In this document: in pieces, positions 44,298 to 54,404 of the stretch
Numbering within the stretch: position 1 is the stretch's first letter
Layout: each line of letters starts with the position of its first letter
DNA from: a virus
IMG/VR virus record: IMGVR_UViG_3300028837_001734
Span: 26,161-90,160 of that record
DNA: 64,000 bases
Reading direction: 5' to 3' (one strand)
The notes under the pieces: model-generated
Seen by the model: the letters and a program-made list of their open reading frames with translations, nothing else
What the model was told of the DNA's origin: nothing
The model's database searches: none
Translations under genes and position numbers: made by a program

Positions 44298-46394
44298 TTA
44301 TATTGCTTGACCGTTTTTTGTGGCTCGAAAAATACCACCATGACGTGCACTCTGAGCATTTCTCATCCTACCAACACCAGGACCTCTATACATATCTTCA
44401 TTCTTATTCGGCTTCGATCTTTTTTCAACATTACCAGCAACATCATCATAATCAATATTATCATCAATTGTAACAGATGTATCATATATGTATTTATGGG
44501 CTAAAAGCAAACCAGTATATCTATCTTTTCTAAGTTTCCCGGTTTTTTTTCTACCTTCGACAGAACCAGGTTGAACAATATTTGGCGTATCAAACCTCTC
44601 TTTACCAGTAGCAGTTTCTGTCATCTGGATAGTACACAATTCATTTTTTAATTCTTCAATATTCCATACATTTTCCTCATAAGTATCCAAAACAATACCA
44701 GCAGCCTTTTCTGCTTCAATAGATGCAAATAATTTGACACTATCAAATGCAGGAAATAATAAAGTATGTGTTTCCAAATTCTTGTGCAAACACACATTAG
44801 CGTCATGATTAAATTGAGTACTTTGCTGTACTAGATGGAGAATATGGCGACCGTCTGTCTCACTATCAGTTGGTTTCGGATCATCACGATCTATAACCTC
44901 ATAGATAGGGAAATCACCATCATCAGTATTTATCAATTTTTTATTACGTAGCATCTCAGAAACAGCATAACCACCACCCTGGCTATCCATTTCTATTCTT
45001 ATAGGATCAAACAACTTGACTATATCACGTATCCGTGTGCAACAATATGCATAATAATCATCATCTTGTACTAATCCCTTTTTTCTACGATTGTTAAATT
45101 CAGATTTATTAACAGCCCAAGTATATACTACACGATAATGGTTTGCTCTCATCTCAACGATAACTACAGATAAATTATCTCTTTCTGCTGCAGGATCTAT
45201 CCCCATAACATAAGTACATTTACTATTGCCCTTCATTATCGGTGTAAAGACAATAGGACCATCTGGAGTTTCGATAGGCTTGTTAGGCCCAACAGTACAT
45301 CCTTCTATTAAACTACGAGGGAAAAATCCATCAGAATCTTTTACAAAAACAGCACCATATTCCATAAGATATATTGTTTTAGGTAAAGTCGCTTTTGCAT
45401 GAGCCAATTGTCTTCGATCCAATAAACCATCGGGCAAATGAGTATGTGGAATACGAATAATACAATAATCTTCATAATTGAAACCATCTGGTACTAAATT
45501 TTCACCACCAAAAATTTTTGCAACTTCTGTAGGATCTCCCTTACTTGATATAATTTGTCTCCACATATCAAATTTTTTGGCAAAATGATTAAACGCATAA
45601 TATGCAGTACCTGAATATATGATTTGATTACCACGTATACTTTTATCATCCGTAGTAATTTGATGCTTAATATCATCAGGTATATTCATTCTTTTTAACC
45701 GCTTCTCAAAATCTATTCTCTTAGCTTCTTCCACTGGTGTCTTCGCTGTAGATGCAAAACCACGGACAACAACATCAAAGACATCTTCAGGGATACTAGC
45801 AAACTCATCGGCTATAACTACATTAGCACGAAAACCCCTAATCTTAGTACCATCACCCATAGGCAAAGCATATATAATGCTTTCCCCTATTCTAAAATAA
45901 CAAAGATCCACACTTTGGCGTGGCCCTCCCTTTTTGCCACCACCGACAATGTCTCTTAATACTGGAGAATTATTCCAGATAGTATCTATATAATTAAATA
46001 CCAATTTCGCTTGTCTCAAACCAGCACCAACAATAACTATCTTAGTACCGGGATCTAGCAAAGCTCTCAAAATAGCATAGACAGCAAGCATGAACGATTT
46101 ACTACCACCACGACATGCAATTAACATAGGAAATGGAGTATTCCAAATAGTCTGTAACATCGCTACTTGGATTGGAAACAAATTTAAATTAAGTAAAACT
46201 TTTGCTGTCCAGCCGATATATCTAAGATCAAGCATGTTAGCAATGACAGAACGATCAACAGTATTTTCCAGCCCTAAAAGATTAGTGAAGATATGATTGC
46301 GCACCTGAGGTACACGATCACGATATGGGAAAAGATAACCATATCGACCCTGATCACCATATAACAGCTCAGCTAATTGAGATTTAATACTCAA
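44298..46394 (-). CDS. terL: Terminase large subunit
   Basis: Walker A-like 'ACRGGSKS', 'KIRGFRA', Walker B 'VIADEF', 'YSGTA', nuclease 'MGIDPA' and 'KDRY'; TTG start with AGGAGG RBS. Confidence 0.92.
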   Translation of the reverse strand: MSIKSQLAELLYGDQGRYGYLFPYRDRVPQVRNHIFTNLLGLENTVDRSVIANMLDLRYIGWTAKVLLNLNLFPIQVAMLQTIWNTPFPMLIACRGGSKSFMLAVYAILRALLDPGTKIVIVGAGLRQAKLVFNYIDTIWNNSPVLRDIVGGGKKGGPRQSVDLCYFRIGESIIYALPMGDGTKIRGFRANVVIADEFASIPEDVFDVVVRGFASTAKTPVEEAKRIDFEKRLKRMNIPDDIKHQITTDDKSIRGNQIIYSGTAYYAFNHFAKKFDMWRQIISSKGDPTEVAKIFGGENLVPDGFNYEDYCIIRIPHTHLPDGLLDRRQLAHAKATLPKTIYLMEYGAVFVKDSDGFFPRSLIEGCTVGPNKPIETPDGPIVFTPIMKGNSKCTYVMGIDPAAERDNLSVVIVEMRANHYRVVYTWAVNKSEFNNRRKKGLVQDDDYYAYCCTRIRDIVKLFDPIRIEMDSQGGGYAVSEMLRNKKLINTDDGDFPIYEVIDRDDPKPTDSETDGRHILHLVQQSTQFNHDANVCLHKNLETHTLLFPAFDSVKLFASIEAEKAAGIVLDTYEENVWNIEELKNELCTIQMTETATGKERFDTPNIVQPGSVEGRKKTGKLRKDRYTGLLLAHKYIYDTSVTIDDNIDYDDVAGNVEKRSKPNKNEDMYRGPGVGRMRNAQSARHGGIFRATKNGQAI

Positions 46395-46929
46395 AGAGAA
46401 CATCCTCCTGAGTTTTTTTAGGCTGCATTGGAACCCACTTACTCTTTTCCGCACGCACAACTTCTCCGAAAATCATACGTGCCATTCTATGCCCACATGC
46501 ACCAACTGGGATAATATTCACATTGTACTTGACAGTAAGTCCAATTAACCATTGAATTAACGATTTACCAGGAACACCTTTAGCAAACTGAGGGGGAGAT
46601 AATTTCATAATATCCGGTGTTATTATAGACTCTATTAAAATATACGCATATTTATATTGTGACATGCGTTCCATCTCTGCTTCAAAATTGGGTCTCTTAT
46701 CTTTGCTATAGTTACCCCATAATTCAGAAAAATCAGCTTTCCTTTCAATAGCAAAAATATCAGTATACCCAACTAAACTATAATCACCAGTCTGTAATGT
46801 CTCTACAATAGTACCATCACACCTGGGAGGTTTCTGATCTGAAGATTGTTGATCAAAAACCCAACCATAATGCTTTTGCTCACGAGTATCACGAATGACC
46901 TTATATGTAGGTAAAACCAATCTTGGCAT
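46384..46929 (-). CDS. ERCC4-domain nuclease
   Basis: 'DTREQ', 'GDY', 'IERK' motifs. Confidence 0.88.
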   Translation of the reverse strand: MPRLVLPTYKVIRDTREQKHYGWVFDQQSSDQKPPRCDGTIVETLQTGDYSLVGYTDIFAIERKADFSELWGNYSKDKRPNFEAEMERMSQYKYAYILIESIITPDIMKLSPPQFAKGVPGKSLIQWLIGLTVKYNVNIIPVGACGHRMARMIFGEVVRAEKSKWVPMQPKKTQEDVLFEY

Positions 46930-46939
46930 ATATAACTCC

Positions 46940-47956
46940 CTAAACGTGACATGCGCCAACTACCTTAGTATAATCACTCTGTACCATCCTATCTATCATT
47001 TCTCCAAATCCAACGGTATTTTCCCATCCCAAAATTTTTCTAGCTTTAGATGCATCAGCATGTAACAAATTTACATCTGCTGGTCTAACAAACTTAGGAT
47101 CAACAATAACATAATCTTCATAATTTAAACCAGCCCTACAAAAAGCAACATCAAGAAGTTCTTTTATGCTGTAAGTCTTGCCAGAGCCTAATACATAGTC
47201 ACTAGGTTCATCCTGTTGTAACATCATCCACATACCCAATACCATGTCTTGTGCATATGACCAATCCCTACTAGCATCCAAATTACCAAGAGCCAATGGC
47301 ATAACATCAACATCTTTTCTTGGATTTCCATCATGTGTGTCCATCCAGCGCAATAAAGAAGCAACATATCGAGTTATCTTACGAGTAACAAAAGCTTCAC
47401 CACGTCTCTCAGATTCGTGATTGAATAAAATACCAGCGCATGCAAATAATCCGTATGCACGACGATAAAGACCAACAAGTTTATGCGCATATAATTTAGC
47501 CACAGCATAAGGAGAATTCGGATTCAACGGAGTATCTTCGTTTTGTGGAGATATAGTTGTATCACCAAAAAGTTCCGATGTACTAGCCTGATAAAATCTT
47601 GTATGCGGAGAGCTTTGTCTAATAGCTTCAAGAATATTCAGTGGGCCAATAGCATCTATTTGACATGTAGTCACAGGTTGATCAAAAGACAAACCGACAT
47701 GACTCATAGCAGCTAAATTATATACTTCGTCTGGCTGTATCCCAGAAATTAAACGATGCATACATGTCGCATCTGTAACATCTCCAGTAACAATCTCCAT
47801 ATGTGGATGATGTTGTATATGTTGTATTCTTTCCATATTGTTGACAGAAGATCTACGAATCAAACCAAAAACATCATATCCCTTATCCAATAAAAGTTCC
47901 GATAAATAGCTACCATCTTGACCTGTTGTGCCAGTAATAAATGCTTTTTTAGACAT
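46940..47956 (-). CDS. gmd: GDP-mannose 4,6-dehydratase
   Basis: 'ITGTTGQDGSYL', 'YNLAAMSHV', 'FYQASTSELFG', 'SPYAVAK', 'GILFNHES.RRG..FVTRKI'. Confidence 0.97.
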   Translation of the reverse strand: MSKKAFITGTTGQDGSYLSELLLDKGYDVFGLIRRSSVNNMERIQHIQHHPHMEIVTGDVTDATCMHRLISGIQPDEVYNLAAMSHVGLSFDQPVTTCQIDAIGPLNILEAIRQSSPHTRFYQASTSELFGDTTISPQNEDTPLNPNSPYAVAKLYAHKLVGLYRRAYGLFACAGILFNHESERRGEAFVTRKITRYVASLLRWMDTHDGNPRKDVDVMPLALGNLDASRDWSYAQDMVLGMWMMLQQDEPSDYVLGSGKTYSIKELLDVAFCRAGLNYEDYVIVDPKFVRPADVNLLHADASKARKILGWENTVGFGEMIDRMVQSDYTKVVGACHV

Positions 47957-48218
47957 TATTTTTACCCTTTCTTTTATTGTCTTCTTGGATCTGATTTATC
48001 AATTTAGAAATTTCTGGTGATAAAGGCTCTGTTTTCGCATTATCATCATGTTCGGTAACTGACTCAATATCCAGTAAACAACATTTCTTATATTTTTTGC
48101 CACTACCGCATAAACATGGAAAATTTCTACTATATCTCATCCTTTTGCGATGAATAGGTGTCGTAACACCAGCAACTCTACGTGCCAAATTACGCTGCTC
48201 AGATGACATTTTGCTCAT
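47949..48218 (-). CDS. SEC-C motif protein
   Basis: 'RN.PC.CGSGKKYKKCC'. Confidence 0.8.
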   Translation of the reverse strand: MSKMSSEQRNLARRVAGVTTPIHRKRMRYSRNFPCLCGSGKKYKKCCLLDIESVTEHDDNAKTEPLSPEISKLINQIQEDNKRKGKNNV

Positions 48219-49299
48219 ATTCCACACCTCTTTCTGCAGCACTAAAACGAGAATCAATCTCCCAACAATGTTGCACTGCTTTTCTTTTACCCTGAGTTTC
48301 TGTTTCATCAGCTAAGCCAAGTAACCCAGCCGCATGAAACAAACTAACTAGACGATTGAAATAAGTATGATTTGTCGCAACATATTCTGCAGATGCTCTA
48401 ATTTTTTCATTTCTTACATCATGATTCTTAATAGCAGTTAAAACCTTAGAAACATATTCTGCAGTATTTGTTGCAATATCAACATGATCACCAAGATATT
48501 TCTTGGCTAATGGATTATCTACTACTTGTATACCACCACACAAAGGAATCATAAATGTATCAATGTTGACACAAGCACCTAGTTGTACTTGTTGAATATG
48601 ATGAACATTTGGACAAACTAGAGCAGTAGCATAAACAGTAGCCAATCTATTAATATAATCAGGCAAGTACCCATTATTACGGATACCAGCACGTGCCCAA
48701 CCTTCATCACCAAATATCTGATATTGATACCCTAATAAATCAATTTGTCTAAACAATGGTATTATGAATTTTTGCATAGCATCTGGATGTTCGCCAAAAT
48801 TAGATACCATAGCAACATCTGTTAAAATGTTACATTGCATAGGTAACGCTTTCATCATATTAGCAGCAACAGGATTATGTAAGATATTGATACCAGCTTG
48901 TGTCCAGTGAGATAATATCCTAGGCCATATATGACTTTCTAGATAAGTATGCACAACCACAGAGCCAATATCATTAATTATATCTGGTTCATCACTATGC
49001 GCAAATTCATAATTACCACCAATATCTTTATCTTCAGAATTAATTGGTAGCAAATCAACCATCACTGTTACGTCATTAGTATTAATGACATCAATAGGTA
49101 ATTGTCTTATACCATGTTTAGAATGAGTAAAAATTAGCTGAACTCCATATTCTTCTATCAGCTTTTTACATGCTAATTTACTAGAAGGACAAGTAACATA
49201 TACCTTCCAACCAAGATGTCTTAACGCATCTACATATCCATGTCGAATGATTTCATGCGTTACACCAGGTCTAGCAATATATAAAGCAATTTTATTCAT
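48199..49299 (-). CDS. GT-B glycosyltransferase (CgeB/Glyco_trans_1_2-like)
   Basis: 'ALRHLGWKV', 'IFGDEGW', 'Y..A.VCPNVH', 'F.IPLCGG', 'HTYFNRL'. Confidence 0.78.
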   Translation of the reverse strand: MNKIALYIARPGVTHEIIRHGYVDALRHLGWKVYVTCPSSKLACKKLIEEYGVQLIFTHSKHGIRQLPIDVINTNDVTVMVDLLPINSEDKDIGGNYEFAHSDEPDIINDIGSVVVHTYLESHIWPRILSHWTQAGINILHNPVAANMMKALPMQCNILTDVAMVSNFGEHPDAMQKFIIPLFRQIDLLGYQYQIFGDEGWARAGIRNNGYLPDYINRLATVYATALVCPNVHHIQQVQLGACVNIDTFMIPLCGGIQVVDNPLAKKYLGDHVDIATNTAEYVSKVLTAIKNHDVRNEKIRASAEYVATNHTYFNRLVSLFHAAGLLGLADETETQGKRKAVQHCWEIDSRFSAAERGVEYEQNVI

Positions 49300-50206
49300 C
49301 AATAATATCTCCAAAATCTGTGCTTTCATCTATTATGATTGGATCCTTTGTCCCATCTGGAAAATCAACAGGTTTTCTAAATTCTTGTGTTATATCTTCT
49401 GCAGCGATACGGGTCAACTCAGCTAACTTACCCTGTTTATCCCTTTCTGCTTGTGAATGTTGTAACGTAGCAACTAATTCCATAAAAGTTTCCTTACCGC
49501 CTTTAAGTTCATCTAAACGATCTTTTCTCGTAGCAGCTAAACTAGAATATATTCTCTGACGCTCTTTCACTAATGCATCATATCTATCGTTTACAACTTT
49601 TAAATATTTGTATTTATCATCTAATTGCCTTTGTTGTAAAATCCTATATTTAATCAATTCTTTACTTTCATTTTCCTGTTTAGGATGAACAGTAAACCAT
49701 GTATTCAAATCAGATATTTCCCTTTGGAGAGATCGTGTTAGAATAAGTTGCCTATTAATCAATATCCTATGTTTCAAAAAATCATCTATCTGCATAAATT
49801 CACTAGTGACAATATCGGAAAATTGACAACATAATTGTCCAAACTCTTCCAAATAAATTTTAACTTCATCTGATTCAAATTGTTTATTAATTGTTGCATA
49901 TAAATGCGTTTTAACTAATTGATCTCTGTACCATTGTGCTTTTGCTGCGCCACTTATACCATGAGGTGGCACATCCATCATAGGAGCATCAACAGGTTTG
50001 TCTTTGATATCAATCGATTGTTTATTATTCATAATACTTCTACGACGTTTTCGAATTGCATCTAAAGTCCATGTATAATGACATTCACGCTCTAACCTCT
50101 CTTGTATTTGTTTATCTGGGATTTTACGTTCAGCACATTCTTTTATAATGCGTAAAGCCAGTCTATTAGCAGATAATCTTTTGAATTGAGGTTTAGGCAT
50201 CGTCAT
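49292..50206 (-). CDS. Terminase small subunit candidate
   Basis: N-terminal HTH-like segment, coiled coil, 'L.ATR..R'; upstream of TerL. Confidence 0.45.
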   Translation of the reverse strand: MTMPKPQFKRLSANRLALRIIKECAERKIPDKQIQERLERECHYTWTLDAIRKRRRSIMNNKQSIDIKDKPVDAPMMDVPPHGISGAAKAQWYRDQLVKTHLYATINKQFESDEVKIYLEEFGQLCCQFSDIVTSEFMQIDDFLKHRILINRQLILTRSLQREISDLNTWFTVHPKQENESKELIKYRILQQRQLDDKYKYLKVVNDRYDALVKERQRIYSSLAATRKDRLDELKGGKETFMELVATLQHSQAERDKQGKLAELTRIAAEDITQEFRKPVDFPDGTKDPIIIDESTDFGDIIDE

Positions 50207-50744
50207 CTTCCCTATCTACTAGAATCTTAGCTATCTCAGCCAATACCTCATCTTCTAATGGTTTTCTTATTTTATTATTGCCCAACATATCTTCAAAAAC
50301 CTCTATAAACTCAGATGGCAATCGATCATATATATAATCGATAGTTTCTTCACATAATAATGACTCTGTAGGATCAGAACCAACTTGTGAAGATCCTAAA
50401 AGAACACCATCTTCTATTGCATCACCACAATCTAATGGTAAAGCATTAACTAAATTCATTTTTGTTCTTGCATGACCAGATGTGGCGACATCATACCCTG
50501 GACGGAAATATCTATCTCTCATAAGATTTTTCATTCTGTTAGCGACATGTCTATTGAGATAATTCTCAAGAGGACCTATATCTGGATCGTATCTCTCCAA
50601 TGCTTCCAAACACATAAACCAAGTTTCCTGATATAGATCTTTTGGTTCAAAATAAGCAAATGGATTACCAGCCTGTCTTGCTGTTGCTATTTTTTCAATT
50701 ATAGGCTGCGCTTGATCAATCAATATCTGACTTATCTTCATCAT
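50193..50744 (-). CDS. Sigma70-like RNA polymerase sigma factor
   Basis: Region-2-like 'DLYQETWFMCLEALERYDP..GPLENYL..HV.NR.KNL.RD'. Confidence 0.7.
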   Translation of the reverse strand: MMKISQILIDQAQPIIEKIATARQAGNPFAYFEPKDLYQETWFMCLEALERYDPDIGPLENYLNRHVANRMKNLMRDRYFRPGYDVATSGHARTKMNLVNALPLDCGDAIEDGVLLGSSQVGSDPTESLLCEETIDYIYDRLPSEFIEVFEDMLGNNKIRKPLEDEVLAEIAKILVDREDDDA

Positions 50745-50898
50745 CCTGTTCCTCTGCGAACAAATCATCGAGCTGTTTTTTGCCAATTGTCTTGTCAGGA
50801 TCTTTAACGGCAAGATCATCTATCGCATTAGAGTTAGCCTGCTCCGTTCCACGAGTATGTAATTTACAATGTAATTTTGTAATTTTTCTTTTACCCAT
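50716..50898 (-). CDS. Small hypothetical protein
   Basis: MGKRKITK... with GGGGTGA RBS, first gene after promoter 50916; the longer 157-aa call is an over-extension. Confidence 0.55.
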   Translation of the reverse strand: MGKRKITKLHCKLHTRGTEQANSNAIDDLAVKDPDKTIGKKQLDDLFAEEQDDEDKSDID

Positions 50899-50915
50899 TT
50901 CATCACCCCAGTAAT

Positions 50916-50922
50916 TATACAC
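50916..50922 (-). promoter_or_regulatory. Phage promoter motif GTGTATAA at the divergence point
   Basis: CTTGTGTATAATT; heads the packaging/morphogenesis operon. Confidence 0.65.
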
Positions 50923-51033
50923 AAGTCCGATAAAGTACCCCTCTATATATAATAGAGTACTATTTCGTAAAAATGTTCCATATTTTTTATTTTTTTTAAC
51001 CATATAATGATGCATAACGTATAATAGAGTATT

Positions 51034-51354
51034 ATGTCCAAAGAAAAAGAAATATTTGAGTGTGTAGTTCGTAAGAACAATTTGCCATATATTCAACCAT
51101 GGTCCGTAATTAGACTTGGAGTAACTACAAAAGCAAATGAAGTAATAGGCAATTATAAAACAGAAGAACAAGCAATAAGAGCCTGTCATCTATTCAGAGA
51201 ATGTGGTTTACCAGATGGATTAACAGATGTCAAGATACCAGAAGATGCTTGGGAAGCTATAGATCAACGATTAAAAAAACCAGATGGAGATAAATTACCG
51301 AAACCAAAACTACCATACTCAACAAATAGAAAAATTGAATTAAATGATGATTGA
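51034..51354 (+). CDS. Hypothetical protein
   Basis: 106 aa; first gene of plus-strand block. Confidence 0.65.
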   Translation: MSKEKEIFECVVRKNNLPYIQPWSVIRLGVTTKANEVIGNYKTEEQAIRACHLFRECGLPDGLTDVKIPEDAWEAIDQRLKKPDGDKLPKPKLPYSTNRKIELNDD

Positions 51355-52069
51355 ATTAATCCATGGAAAATTTGAAGATATATCGCCAGACACAATAAGT
51401 CAGGTAGATTTAATTATTGCTGATCCTCCAGATAATATCGGTCTAAAATATGAAGGTTTTATTGATAAAATACCAGATCATCAATATGTGCGCAATTTGA
51501 CTGCCTGGCTACATAAAATGTCACTATTGACAAAAGGTCCAATTTTTTTGTGCTTTAATGAAAAATGGACATACGAAGTAGAAGATACAATCCGTATGCT
51601 AGGTATACCACTGGTCCAAAGAATCCATTGGTTCTACACTTTTGGGCAAGATCAGACTGGAAAAAGAAAATATGGATTGTGCCATAGACCAATCTATTGG
51701 CTCAATTTCGATTCTTGCAATCCAGAAAAAATAAAAATTCCAAGTGCTAGACAAATAAAATATAACGACAAACGAGCTGCAAGTGGTGGCAAAATGCCTC
51801 CGAATGTTTGGGAATTTCCAAGAGTATGCGGTACATTTAAAGAACGGAGAAAGTGGTGTCCAACACAACTACCAGAAGCATTAGTGGAACGTATCGTAAA
51901 AGGTCATTGCCGCCAAAATGGACGAGTGCTAGACCCATTTATGGGAACAGGAACTACACCAAGAGTATGCCAACGGCTGGGCGTAGATTGTGTCGGCATA
52001 GAAATAAGTGAATCTTATATTGACGCAATAGCAAAAGATCTAGGAGTTAGTTACACTAATGGCTATTGA
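51344..52069 (+). CDS. DNA N4-cytosine/N6-adenine methyltransferase (beta class)
   Basis: Motif IV 'ADPPD' N-terminal, motif I 'VLDPFMGTGTT' C-terminal. Confidence 0.88.
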   Translation: MMIELIHGKFEDISPDTISQVDLIIADPPDNIGLKYEGFIDKIPDHQYVRNLTAWLHKMSLLTKGPIFLCFNEKWTYEVEDTIRMLGIPLVQRIHWFYTFGQDQTGKRKYGLCHRPIYWLNFDSCNPEKIKIPSARQIKYNDKRAASGGKMPPNVWEFPRVCGTFKERRKWCPTQLPEALVERIVKGHCRQNGRVLDPFMGTGTTPRVCQRLGVDCVGIEISESYIDAIAKDLGVSYTNGY

Positions 52070-52325
52070 ACCAAATACATTCCAAGCATTACGACAATTA
52101 GATGGTGAATCTTTCAAGGATCTTGTAGAAACTGTAGGTTTAGCTGGATTATTAAATGTCCCAATGGTAATTAATCCACAAATAAAAATAGTAACAGCAT
52201 CAATGATGATGGGTTTCGCATTCACTATGTTAGAACATTGCGGATGCAAAATTTCCTGTGAAATTCGTAATGATATATGGGATGAATCTCAAAAATATCG
52301 AACAGGAGGTCATCTTGAATATTAA
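52059..52325 (+). CDS. Hypothetical protein
   Basis: 88 aa; AGGAG RBS. Confidence 0.6.
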   Translation: MAIEPNTFQALRQLDGESFKDLVETVGLAGLLNVPMVINPQIKIVTASMMMGFAFTMLEHCGCKISCEIRNDIWDESQKYRTGGHLEY

Positions 52326-52674
52326 TAGAATTAATCATCTATTGGACATATGGAGCAAACTATTAATAGTAGGAGAAGAACTCGCTCAAGATAAAGTAAC
52401 AAAATCAAACGGAAGTTTAGATGGACGTATCAAAAGAACAACGGGTCAACCAGTTATTTTTGATTTTGAGACATATAAAAAACAAACCAGAATACAAGCT
52501 GAATTGAGCACAGAGTTACCATTATTAACCGATTTAATTAATAGCCAACCAGCTATTATGGATGGATTTTCTTGGACAAAAAGAGATTTCATAGAACTAT
52601 ATTTCTACCATTATAATATGGTAGTGCAAAAACTAAAAGACAAAGTAGAGAGAAAACAATATGGTAGAACGTGA
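52315..52674 (+). CDS. Hypothetical protein
   Basis: TTG start with AGGAGG RBS. Confidence 0.6.
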   Translation: MNINRINHLLDIWSKLLIVGEELAQDKVTKSNGSLDGRIKRTTGQPVIFDFETYKKQTRIQAELSTELPLLTDLINSQPAIMDGFSWTKRDFIELYFYHYNMVVQKLKDKVERKQYGRT

Positions 52675-53680
52675 ACGCGCATATGTATTAACTCCAGATA
52701 GCATCCCAGGTCTATTAAGAAAGTTAGGAGCAACTACACAAGGTGTATCATTGGACATAACAGATCATTATTTATCACCCGATCTGCGTCTCAGAATTAT
52801 TAACCATGAAGCTAAAGTACGTTATTTAACACGTAAAACCGGTGATAAAGCAGAAGGTCAGAGAGAAGAAAAAACTGATCAGATAAGTCGACAAATAGCC
52901 AGTGTGTTAACACCAGATACTCAATTAACCGTCAAAAAAGTACGTGATATTCTATCTATAGATAAAAAAGGCAGATACTTTTCTGTCTCGCTAGACGTAG
53001 TATCAGAACCAATGAAATTAGCAATACTGGAAATCGAAAGTGTAGATGATTCACCACCTCCAACAGCAAAAGAAATATTTGGCATTGATATGAAAGAATG
53101 TCCTTTAGGATGCTGGGATCTATTCAAACAAAAAATCGGTATTTGTGGCGCACCTAGCGCTGGCAAAACAGAAACAGCCAGAATGCTTAGTCGTATATTA
53201 AACATTGATTTTGAAGCCAATTCATTCCATGTTCTAGAATACGCAACTTCATTCATACAAAAATATGACAGACATCCAGATTCCATGGATCAATTTTTAC
53301 TATGGCATTCTCAAAGAGAAAGAGAAAAAGATGCTGCTAACAAAGCTAACATGGTCATATCTGATTCACCTACTTTCTTAGCATATGTATATATGCTTTT
53401 CAACAATAGGGAAAAATTGACACCACAATTAAGAATCCATTTGGCCAAACTATATAAAAGAGTCCTAGAAGATCTCGACAGCTACAGTATGTTTGTATAT
53501 CTTCCACCAAGCCCAATCGTTAGCAATCGTATTAGATATCAAACATCAGAAGAGGTAGAAGATATAGCTGAACGAATTTTTGCATTCCTACAACAACATA
53601 ACACAATCTTTATCGTTGGTAATCGAGAAAAACCAGAAGATATACTTCATAGAGTTTTCTATATGAATCACATTAGTTAA
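52661..53680 (+). CDS. CYTH domain fused to NadR/Ttd14-like P-loop kinase
   Basis: N-terminal 'ERER.Y', 'LRLR', 'K.R', 'LEIE'; C-terminal 'GAPSAGKT', 'EYA', 'ISDS'. Confidence 0.78.
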   Translation: MVERERAYVLTPDSIPGLLRKLGATTQGVSLDITDHYLSPDLRLRIINHEAKVRYLTRKTGDKAEGQREEKTDQISRQIASVLTPDTQLTVKKVRDILSIDKKGRYFSVSLDVVSEPMKLAILEIESVDDSPPPTAKEIFGIDMKECPLGCWDLFKQKIGICGAPSAGKTETARMLSRILNIDFEANSFHVLEYATSFIQKYDRHPDSMDQFLLWHSQREREKDAANKANMVISDSPTFLAYVYMLFNNREKLTPQLRIHLAKLYKRVLEDLDSYSMFVYLPPSPIVSNRIRYQTSEEVEDIAERIFAFLQQHNTIFIVGNREKPEDILHRVFYMNHIS

Positions 53681-53693
53681 ATAGGATTATACA

Positions 53694-54404
53694 ATGCCGA
53701 CTTATTTCAAGGAAGATATAGACAGATGGTTTGAGTATAACTATCTATCTCCTGAAAGATTAATATATGTCGGTTCACATACAGCAGAAAGTCTACATAC
53801 ATCAGAAGAATCAGGCACTGACTGTCAAATGGCAGAATATTTTGCCAAGGCTATGGTACATCTCAACCGTATTTCAAACAAACCTATTATAATACATATG
53901 AATAATTTAGGTGGCGATTGGTATCATGGCATGGCAATGTACGATATTATACGTATGTCTAAAGCTCATGTATATGGTATTGCTTGGGGATATGCAATGA
54001 GTATGGGATCTATTATTCTACAAGCATGTGATTCAAGAATTATAGCTCCAAATTGTACATTAATGATTCACGATGGATATGATAATCTATCTGGTACACC
54101 AAAAACCGTAGAAGCTTGGGCTAAACACAGTCAACAACTTAGAAAAAGAATGTATGAGATTTATTTTCAAAGAATGAAAGCAGCCAAGCCACGTATAACT
54201 ATGAAAAAGGTTGAAGAGATGTGTGTTAACGATAAAATTTTCAATGCGGCGGAAGCAGAAAGTCACGGGTTAGCAGATTGGGTTATGACTACTCTCAATG
54301 ATCCATATGAATATCATGCAACAGACCAACAAAATGATAAATGGCAATCTGGTATGAAACTTGGGAAACATGAATTAGAACCAGAAGATGGAGAAAATGT
54401 ATGA
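53694..54404 (+). CDS. clpP: ClpP-family protease subunit
   Basis: 'MNNLGGD', catalytic Ser 'AMSMGS', His 'MIHDG', 'AAEA...GLAD'. Confidence 0.88.
   Translation: MPTYFKEDIDRWFEYNYLSPERLIYVGSHTAESLHTSEESGTDCQMAEYFAKAMVHLNRISNKPIIIHMNNLGGDWYHGMAMYDIIRMSKAHVYGIAWGYAMSMGSIILQACDSRIIAPNCTLMIHDGYDNLSGTPKTVEAWAKHSQQLRKRMYEIYFQRMKAAKPRITMKKVEEMCVNDKIFNAAEAESHGLADWVMTTLNDPYEYHATDQQNDKWQSGMKLGKHELEPEDGENV

Noticed and set aside
50899-51189. 157-aa extension of ORF 50716
   Set aside because: Crosses the promoter/divergence region and an opposite-strand gene; the real start is likely 50898.
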